A DNA stretch of 61,797 nt, the filler included, from Gonapodya sp. JEL0774 (Eukaryota), in the NCBI GenBank assembly GCA_027604505.1. It is 19 parts of 19 records of this genome, joined end to end, with 100 filler letters (N's around TTAATTAATTAA, not from the genome) between each part and the next. Parts side by side here need not be neighbours in the genome. Positions count along the whole stretch, not along the records: positions 52,159 to 55,307 come from JADIIX010001445.1; positions 55,408 to 58,553 come from JADIIX010001446.1; positions 58,654 to 61,797 come from JADIIX010001447.1; 16 more parts are not named here. One strand, 5' to 3'. Under the pieces are notes generated by a model that was given only the letters and a program-made list of their open reading frames with translations, was not told where the DNA came from and made no database searches. Each line of letters starts with the position of its first letter. The first letter of the stretch is position 1. Made by a program: the position numbers and the translations under genes. This document shows, piece by piece, positions 52,843-61,797 of the stretch.

Positions 52843-53373
52843 TTGGAAGTGAGTTTGAGTTGGGTTGAGTTTGGGTTGGAGTGACAAGTGCACAGTTTTG
52901 AATCAAACGGGGGAGTGGGGAAACGCAATGCAGGGTGTGCAGGTGGGCAGGGGAGAGAAACGAGGGTGCCTGATGATTGGCTGAGTCCTCCTATTGGCTG
53001 CACATTCCGGACTCCACGTTTAATCAGGTTCATCCGTTTCTGCGACCAACAGCCCATTCCGTACATGAGATGTAGATTCATCCCATTTCCGACACCGCGT
53101 TTTTGTTCCTAATAGTAACGAGTGCAAGATCCGTGTTCACTCCCCCATCCACTGGTGGTAAGAACATATAGTACTGGGACCATGTGTTCATTCGTCATTT
53201 TCTGACATGAAAAGTACAGTCATTGTAATCCGGACCACTACCGCGTCAAATAAAGACGTCATTGGCGGCGTTTTTATTCCGGGTGTGGGTTGTGACAGGG
53301 CGTCGGGTTGGGTCCACACGTCGTCAAAAGTGAAGTCCGCACAAATCCAATCCCCCCCAAACAGTACCAGACC

Positions 53374-55307
53374 ATGGCAGCCCTGACTGTAACTGTCCAC
53401 TTCTACCACGACATCACGTGTCCATGGTCGCTGATTGGGAAGAAAAGGTGCGGCGAACCGGGGGTTGCGGGGGGGACGGTTGTGTCTTTTGGGAGTGTCG
53501 GTTCGAATGGATCCGACTCACTCACCGCACCCACCCCACGCATCTGCCCACCCATCACAGACTTGACCGCGCACTGCAGACACTCTACGATGCATCCATC
53601 TCCTCCATCGACCAAACTCACTCCTCTGCTGCACCCACTCCACTCCAACTCCAACACAAACAACACCCACTCGCCATCCGACTCATATGCCACCCTTACT
53701 TCATAAACCCAAATCACAGACTCGAAGGACCGCCCACGGCCCACGACGCACGGTCTGAGGCCACCAGGAACATGGTCATCGCAGGTCGTATCGAGAGGTT
53801 GAAACAGGTCGCGAGGGAGGAAGGGGTCGAGGTGAGTACGGTACATATGGGGATGTGGTAATTTTGTGGTTTGTTGTTGTCGGTGGGCGGTGGGCGGTGA
53901 CGCGAAGAGGGGAAAGAGCTCTTGTGTGTGACCCGCACACGGTGTACGAACCGCGTCCTCACATTCTGTGGGATCAGTCCTCGGGCACCATCACGGAGTA
54001 GCCAAAATCCGCCCAATGCCCACCACGCACCTTTCCAATTGCTCCTACCCCCCACCCTTACCCCCTTCCACAGCTCTCCCTCCGTACCCACCCCTCCCTG
54101 CCCCCTGTCTCGTCCACCCCAGGCGCCCGCGGCCACGCGGAGCCAGACCCTCTCAACCGCCCGTCCACCGTCATGGCACACACGGCCGTCGCGTGGGTCG
54201 CGGAGGAGGCGAGACGGGGGGTCGGTGAGGGGCGTGGAGATGGGGTTGCCAGGACGGGTGAGGGGGGGCGGGATAGTAAGGACAAGGACGACCACGGCGG
54301 ACGCGGGCGAGGCAAGCTGCAGCACAGGGACAACCACACTATGGACAACAGGGACAAGACCGCGGACTGGTCCTTCACAAAGATGCTCAACCGGGCCGTC
54401 AAGAGCTTGGCACGACGGGGACGGCCGAAGTCTGGCCGCACCAGCACCAGCCGTGGTCCCGCTCCTCCCTCCCCTTCCTCCATTAACCCCCCCTCGTCAC
54501 CCCTACCCGACACCGATATCTCGTACGCCTTCCTCTCCGACCCCGGCGACGCCGCCGCGTCCCGCCTGGTCTCCCTCCTCTCCGAAGCATACTGGACCCG
54601 CGGAGAAGATGTGGGGAGCGAGGTGGTGGTTCGGAGGTGGGCCAAGGTATGTGATGGATGGAGCGGCGAGCGGGGGGTGGGTGAGTGGGGAGTGGGAGGT
54701 TCTCAACAAACACAACCACCACCACGATAGGTCGTGCACCCCACCGCCCCCTTCCCACCCACCCACACCACCAACACCTCCCCCTCCACCTCCACCGCCG
54801 CCACTCTTGTCGCCGAACAACGCGCCCGTAGCTCCGGGGTGACCGGCACGCCGTGGGTGAGGTGTGTGGTGGCGCGCGGCGACGGCGACGGAGCGGGACA
54901 AGGGAGGGAGAAGGTCGAGGTGGAGATCGTGGGTGCGCAGGAGAGTGGGTGAGTGGGACGGCAGCGGTTGAGCGTCGCTTTACCTTGTACACGTCACACG
55001 CCACACGCTCACCACACGCGCAACCGAACTCTGATCACGTCCACCACACCCCTCCACACCACATCACCCCCAAATAAAGCACCATCCTCCTCATCCTCTC
55101 CCGCGCCATCTCCAAACTCACCTCCACATCTTCTTTTTCGTCCTCGTTCTCCACATCCACATCCGCCTCCTCCTCCTCCACTTCCACGTCCACTTCCACG
55201 TCCACTTCTGGTTCTCCGGATCCACCGGCCGAGGGAACGGTGGGGTTCGTGCCCGACCTGCCCGCACAGGGACACGGCCAGGGGCATGAGGGCGAGGATG
55301 AAGAGGA
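53374..55307 (+). CDS. DsbA/FrnE-like thioredoxin-fold protein (CPWS), multi-exon, 3'-truncated
   Basis: VHFYHDITCPWSLIGKKR|LDRAL, HPYFINP, LSEAYWTRGEDVG, ARSSGVTGTP (cis-Pro loop), IVGAQ. Confidence 0.85.
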
Positions 55308-56288
55308 NNNNNNNNNNNNNNNNNNNNNNNNNNNNNNNNNNNNNNNNNNNNTTAATTAATTAANNNNNNNNNNNNNNNNNNNNNNNNNNNNNNNNNNNNN
55401 NNNNNNNGGTCGAGTCCGCTCAAAGATGAACAGCAGGTCACGTGGGATGTGGTGGATGGGGCGAGAGTTGTGGGGCAGTGAGGAGGGCAGGGGAACTTGG
55501 TGTGCAGCCGTCACGTTCGATGTCCCACTCCGTGAAAATGAAGACGACAAGCAGTTCTCCGAGCACAATGAAGCGGAGAAGCCTTGCCGGCTCCACGTCC
55601 TGGTGTCCCACATACGTTCACGTTTCGTCGGACGTGTATTCAGGAAGGGACGAGGGTCTTTAAGAACCGTTGTCACATGGGAGAGCGAGCGAGTGAAAAC
55701 AGACGCGGCTGTTAGCCATATATGGGGAAAGATGTCTGATTCGAAAGACGGACAATCACTACGTAATCATATGTATCATTCTGTTAGACGAGCTGACATT
55801 AGAAACATGTTGTTACACTCACTCTAGACATGTGTCTCGATGAAATAAGGTCATTGTTTTAATGTGTATTCGGAGCTTCATCACTCACATACTCGTCGGA
55901 GAATTGAAAATGATTTGGCCGTGCGTCGACTTTGTCAATATTTCTCTCCCTTTCGCTAAATCATTATCAAACGGATGCAGATGCAAGGTTGAAACAGTTC
56001 ATCTCAACGTGTAGTTTTAGAGTTTTATTGTCCGCGGAGATGTCCGACTTCTTCCGACCACGTTGTTGCTGTGACCACTTTGGGCAGCATAAAAGCCGAC
56101 CTACTCTGCACTCGGAAGATCACCAATAAGAAACTCCTCTGAGAATTCGCGTATTCGGCTCTCTCCGTGAAGTGAGTCGTGTGGGTCTTCCCTCCCCTAG
56201 ATTGTGACCTACGGAATGACGTCATACACCTTTCGAAGCTTCCCGTTCCCCCACTCACAAACAGTGAAGCCCCCACACTTCCTTACAA

Positions 56289-57335
56289 ATGTCATTTGAA
56301 AGCATCGCATCTTCAGTTCCCACCACCATCCGTGTCGTCCACCAACCCCACATCACCTCCACCACCCTCGTCCTCGAATCCGGCCCACTCCCTACACCGC
56401 AATCCCCAACCGACCATCTCGTCAAAGTCCACGCTACAGCGCCTTGTCTCGGTGAACTCTCCTGGGCCAAGAACTTCCCCTCCATGTTCCCCGACCCGCG
56501 CGAACCCGTGCCGTGCTCCGACCTGGCGGGGACCGTCGTTTGGGCGCCCCACGGGAGTCCGTTCAAGGCCGGTGACGAGGTGTTTGCGCGCACGGCCCCC
56601 ACGAGGGCGGGGAACGCCAGGGACTACACGATAGCCAGGACGAGCGAGTTGGCGCTGAAACCGAGGCGGTTCGATCGGATCCAGACGGCCGCGACGCCCT
56701 TGAGCGCGCTCACCGCGTGGCAGGGACTCTTTGTGCACGGAGGGTTGGACAGTGCGGCTGTTCACGGAGACAAAGCTGCCTTGGAACGGAACGCACAGAA
56801 ACGGGTCCTGGTGACGGCGGCGGGCGGGAGCGTCGGAAGCTGGGCGGTCCAGTTTGCCTCTGCGGCCGGCGTGGGTGCGGTCGTCGCTGTCTGCTCCGGA
56901 GCCAAAGCCACCGTCGTCAAGTCTCTGGGAGCCACCGAGGTCGTCGACTACACCAAGCAGTCAATCTCCTCGTGGGTCAAGCAAGACCCAACACAGCGCC
57001 AAGTAGACCTCATCCTCGACTGCATCGGTGGTGAAACCCTCGTGTCAGCGTGGGACGCCATCAAAGACGGGGGTACGTTCCTCGGCATCGTGGCTGATCC
57101 CTCGTCAGTCAAGCCCCCCGCGTGCACCAAGTCCCCCGCGGTGGCCAAGTGGTTTCTGGTACAGCCGCTGGGAAGCGACTTGAAGGTGATCGCGGAGCTC
57201 ATCGACAAGAGCGACGGCGGCAAGTTCGTGCCCTTGGTGGATCGCGTACTGCCCTTGGAGGATATCAACAGCGCGTTTGAGATCGTGGAGGGTAGGCATG
57301 CGAGGGGGAAGGTTGTCGTCGCGGTTTCGGTATGA
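56289..57335 (+). CDS. Zinc-independent MDR / NADPH:quinone oxidoreductase-like protein, intronless
   Basis: HLVKVHATAPCLGEL, PCSDLAGTV, GDEVFAR, AATPLSALTAWQGLF, VLVTAAGGSVG, LGATEVVDY, DLILDCIGG, RHARGKVV. Confidence 0.93.
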   Translation: MSFESIASSVPTTIRVVHQPHITSTTLVLESGPLPTPQSPTDHLVKVHATAPCLGELSWAKNFPSMFPDPREPVPCSDLAGTVVWAPHGSPFKAGDEVFARTAPTRAGNARDYTIARTSELALKPRRFDRIQTAATPLSALTAWQGLFVHGGLDSAAVHGDKAALERNAQKRVLVTAAGGSVGSWAVQFASAAGVGAVVAVCSGAKATVVKSLGATEVVDYTKQSISSWVKQDPTQRQVDLILDCIGGETLVSAWDAIKDGGTFLGIVADPSSVKPPACTKSPAVAKWFLVQPLGSDLKVIAELIDKSDGGKFVPLVDRVLPLEDINSAFEIVEGRHARGKVVVAVSV

Positions 57336-58860
57336 TTGGAACCTTTGAAGTACAGTGAGTTCTGTCCAAGGGAACGGGAATGGTTGCTACAAGCGGTGGG
57401 GGCAACAGAACCGTGGATACCGAAAATTGCTGGATCAATGAGATATGCAGTTCACGGGGGGATGAAGATCGATGTTGACGTGTATTTATGCACTGTTGTG
57501 AAAACGATCTCAAGTACATAACACCATGACCGTGTAACGCATGCACGCGAGCGTTCGTATTAATCTACGACAATAAACTGCGCGGACTCATGGAATGAGA
57601 ATAAAACTCCATCTCGTCCCTACCAGAGAATGTTGATCACAGACGGTCGTTGAAGCGGACATATTACGTCCCTTGAAGTAACTCGACCCATTTCAAACCT
57701 CGTACGGCGGCATGCAATCCTGGTGCACAAGCCTGACTTTATGGAACAGAATTTCTCTGCCTGAATCATCTCTAATCCCCTTTGGTCCGCTCGGTCGAAA
57801 ACTGGAATACGGGCCACCAACCTGTACTCAGATCCTGAGATCCTGTCCACAGTACACTCTAGCTATATATTGTATGGTCTATACATAATCGAACGCACCG
57901 AGGCCGCCTCGCCGTGTATGCCCACACACACACAGTACTCACAAACCCCCCGACGATTGATCGCCGCCACACTTTCCCACCCACGCCCTTCACATGATAT
58001 CACCCACGCAGCAGCACGCTCGAACTTGGCATCCGTCTACAACTTCGTCTCCGCGACGGGTGCGGTGCCGCCGGCCCCGGTCCCGGACACCTGCTCGTAC
58101 CACTCCAATCGCACGCCTTCCCATATCGCAGGTGCGCGGCGGACGTGGCGGTCTATGGCGAAGGACGGGAGCGCAGAAGGCGGTGCGAATGCCGTGTGAA
58201 TATTGAGTGCTTAGCCCCGTTTTGCCCCCGCGGAATTTCGCGTACGCTACGCGCCAGCGGCACAACAACACTCACCGGCAGTAACGAGTCCCACCTTCTT
58301 CTCCGGATCTTTGGCTCCCTTGTACATCCGCACTTTGACGCACATGGCGGCCAACCTGCGTCGAAAGTACTCGTCGCCGACGTCTTTGGCCTGGCCCGAC
58401 ACGTCCACCTCGAAAAACTGCGAGCGGAACGGGGCTGGGTCAGCGGAGGACGAAGGCGGTGCGGCGAGGATGGAGATGATGAAGGAGTAGAGGCGAGAGA
58501 GGGCGGTGTGGCCAATGTGCCGGCGGGAGAGGCCGGCCAGCATTTGCTGGCATNNNNNNNNNNNNNNNNNNNNNNNNNNNNNNNNNNNNNNNNNNNNTTA
58601 ATTAATTAANNNNNNNNNNNNNNNNNNNNNNNNNNNNNNNNNNNNNNNNNNNNTACCGTGTTATATAATTATTTTAACTAACTTGTATGGGGAGGATTAA
58701 AACATAAATCATGCACAATGATCGTGCGAAATCAAGTACTCAAGCAAACCCATGTCAACCCATGACACTATAAGGTACGTTTTGACGTGTCCCAGCTTGC
58801 GGAACGTCACCCCCTCGAAACTGCCCTCCTCTTTGCCTCCACGCTCAACCTCACCCCCGC

Positions 58861-61078
58861 TCACTCGTCGCCCCCCCCATCCAACACGGCCCTCACGTCC
58901 TCCACCCTCGACAAATCCTCCAAAAAAGGTAGTAAATCCGTCAACTCTGTGTCCTCCCCGTCGTTGAACCAGCTGGTGATCGGGATGGCGTTGGACGGGT
59001 GGAAGGCGTACGAGGCAGGCGCGTTGTCGATGATGATGGTGCCGGGGAGGGGGCGGCCCAGCATGGAAAGGTCCTGGAGAGGGATGAGGAGATGGACGGG
59101 GTTGGGGTGTGCGGGGGGAGGAAAAGTGATTTGTCACATAACAAGAAGGCGCGCCGGGGGGGGGGGGGGGCGGATCCGGGTTTGGTCACATATCAAGACG
59201 GCAACCACTCCAACAAAGCCTCCTCACCCCGTTTCCGCCCACCACGACCAGCCCCATACTCCCCTCCCGTCCACTTTACCCACCTTGACGTAACTCCCCT
59301 TATGGTGTATACACGCCTCCCTGAACAACCTGTGCTTCACCACGTGGGATTTGTCGAGGATGTCCATCAGGGGGTCGGCGTACTGGGTGGCCCGAGGGGA
59401 AGAGGAAGAGAGAGGATGGTGGAAAGTGACAGGTGAGGGGTGAGGGGTATGGGAAGACGAATCGGTGTCGGGGTGGGTGGGTGAAGATTCCGAAACAAGG
59501 CGGCGTTGCCTTCTCTTTCCACTTTCTACTTTCACCTTGCCGCTGCTCACCCACCACCAGCCCTCCCCCCTTCCCACCTCCACCCGTCCCCCATCCCATC
59601 CCACCAAACGTAACGTACCTTGGCCAAACTCGCCGTAAACACCACCACCTCGAATAGCTCTCCACACTTCTTCAAAAACCCGTCTACACCGGGCCGCTTG
59701 AGCACGTACACCTGGTGGACCGAAGATTCGATCTCCACGGGGACGATGAAGTCGGGGTGGGGTATGGGCTGGGTGGGGGGTGGGTTGGGGGAAGGGAAAG
59801 TGAGGGCAGCAGAGGTGGAGGAACAAAGGGCTAAGTGTGTACTATCGATACCTTGAACGAGCTATGCACCAGAGTCTCGTCCAGGTCCAGCACGAGGCAT
59901 TTCTTGCCCACGTCATCGGGGGAGAGGGGTTTGAGCAACGAGAGTTTTTGGCCGGGCTGGTGAGACGGGCGGGTTGGGGGTGAACAGTGGTCCCTCGGCC
60001 CGCCCTGCACACCAGCCCGCAACCCACCTTCCCCGCACCCACACCTGCAACCACCGTCTTCCCCCCCTGCTGCTGCTTCAGCTGCACCTTGTCCAACGCC
60101 GCCTTGGCACCCTTGGCGGCGCCTTTTGTACCCCTTGAGGAATCTGAAGAAGAAGAAGACGACGTGGAGGAGGAGGACGAAGGGCGGTGGGGTGTGCGTG
60201 TGCCGAAGCAGGGGAGGAAGGAGAGGAAGGAGGAGAGGGAAGGGAGGGGTGGGGAGGACGGGGAGGGAGCAGGTGGGGAGAGGGCGGCGGTGGCGGCGGT
60301 GGAAGCTGCGGGTTGGGGAGAGGCGAGGAGGACAAATGAGAGGGATGGGAATGTTCGACATAGCAAGGTACCACACTGCACAGCACATATTCTCGGGAGG
60401 AGGGGGGGCGGGAATCGGGGAACGGAACCGTGGGACACCACAAAACCACTTCACCATCACGACCGTCCCGCGCATATCGTCTCCCGATCGACGCAGCCAC
60501 ACCAACTACCGCTCACCTGCCCTCTTTACCCCGCCTCCACCGCCCTGCAACACGGCCTTGGCGGCCGCCACGCTCGGTTTCCGTTTCCCTGTTCCTGTCG
60601 TCGGGCCCGAGCTGGATCCGTCTTGCGAGACTTGTGTGACCAGATTCGCCAGGGCGCGGTCGGCGTCAGAGATAGATGGGGTAGGGGTGCGGCGGGATGG
60701 TTGTGACGGGGAGGAGGGTGACGGCGAAGGCGTGGACGGGGACAGAGGTGGTTTGGGTTTCGCACCGCCGATGGGTACCGGTTGCCCACCCCCCACAGCC
60801 ACGAGCGCAGCGGAGGGAGGCGTGAGGACCATGGGCGCTGGTCGTTCCGGCGTGGGGCGGCGGAGTGGTGTTGTTCCGAAGGGGACGACGAGCTGCTGGG
60901 GTTGCTGTTGTGGTTGCTGTTGTCGGGTATTGAGTTGTGCGGATGCGAGGATGCGCGGAGTGGGGGAAGGTGAGGGGAGAGGTTGTGGTTGTTGGGACTT
61001 GACTGTGGTGGCCGACGGTGTCAGGGGAGACGGATGGACTGCGCCTCTGCTGGGGTGGCGGAGGGATGTGGTGGACAT
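58861..61078 (-). CDS. PSR1: Small CTD phosphatase, Psr1/SCP1 (NIF/HAD) family, multi-exon; start codon tentative
   Basis: [85 protein letters not shown]. Confidence 0.93.
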
Positions 61079-61797
61079 GGGTGTAGGCAGAGATGGTGGA
61101 GAAGGGTGCGCGGGAGTCCAAAGGTGGGGAAGACGGGCAGATTCAAACCACAACCACGACTGGGAATGCGACACGGAGATGGGCGATGGAACGTCCAACC
61201 CAAGTGCGGTCTCAAGTGTCAATTGCCAGACGTCGTCTCCGTCCTCGATCCACTCGTATCGTCCTTGTCCTTGTCCTTGTCCGTCTCCTGTCAAATCAAT
61301 TCCCGCTAGCTACTGAGGTTCCTTAACAATTCGGTCTCTCTGGATCAATCGTCCAACCCAATTCTCTCACTCCAATCCAGCAATCCAAATGTAATCGTCG
61401 ACTTTGTACCGGGCCCGGGGGTGAGGGGGGGCCGTACGAGGATAAACTGGGTCCTGGCGATATGCAGGCGAACCTGACCACCGGGGTCAGTCTTCGCCGA
61501 TTGATCCGGGACGGACAGACATACGGACAAAGCAGAGAAGGACTTGTAAGTTCATGTGGGAGTACGCGGGGTGGGCAGCGTGGCAGCGTGAGCGTGGCCA
61601 TTGGAATGGTCGGTGCTGTGGAAAACCTTTGAGGATACCGGTCGGATCTCGGGACGGGACGAGAGAGTTCAGCCAGGATGCAAGAATTGTGCACTTAAAT
61701 GTGTAGGGCAGATTTGGTGAGTTCAGTGGGTGGCTAAGCGTGCTCTGTGACCGAGTATAAAGCGCAATGAGGCAAGCTGGGGAGGAGACGGGATGTT

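Noticed and set aside
57990..58553. Probable 3' exons of a minus-strand gene
   Set aside because: Coding-like, but frame and product could not be supported.
60126..61316. 396-aa plus-strand ORF, and similar long G/P/R-rich ORFs such as 13181-13918 and 53922-54842
   Set aside because: Antisense or off-frame shadows of real genes in GC-rich, stop-poor sequence.

Overview
This window is not one locus. It is 19 unrelated contigs of about 3.15 kb, sorted by decreasing length and joined by an artificial 100-nt linker (N44-TTAATTAATTAA-N44). The DNA is from an intron-rich fungus, most likely a zoosporic one (chytrid/Monoblepharidomycete-like; this is inferred from the rDNA, a class IV chitin synthase and the intron style). 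It contains an 18S-ITS1-5.8S-ITS2-28S rDNA piece and many mostly truncated housekeeping genes: RBBP4/HAT2-type WD40, BCD1, CTK3, chitin synthase, ISU1, UTR4, PDK/BCKDK, Psr1/SCP1 phosphatase, SDR, MDR, ABCG and an Agd3-like deacetylase. There are three tandem gene pairs (PB1, TLC, F-box-ankyrin). Most notable: (1) an intronless ORF fusing a large-DNA-virus-type D5 primase-helicase C-terminus to a PD-(D/E)XK (RecB/Cas4-like) nuclease, on the same contig as a spliced host zinc-finger gene, so probably an endogenous viral element; (2) a recurrent 'G-rich 5' half / C-rich 3' half' intron architecture; (3) a 55-aa PPxY+WW microprotein built from micro-exons and invisible to the ORF track; (4) a LACTB2-like protein lacking the catalytic Asp. 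Exon structures and family calls are by eye, without database searches.
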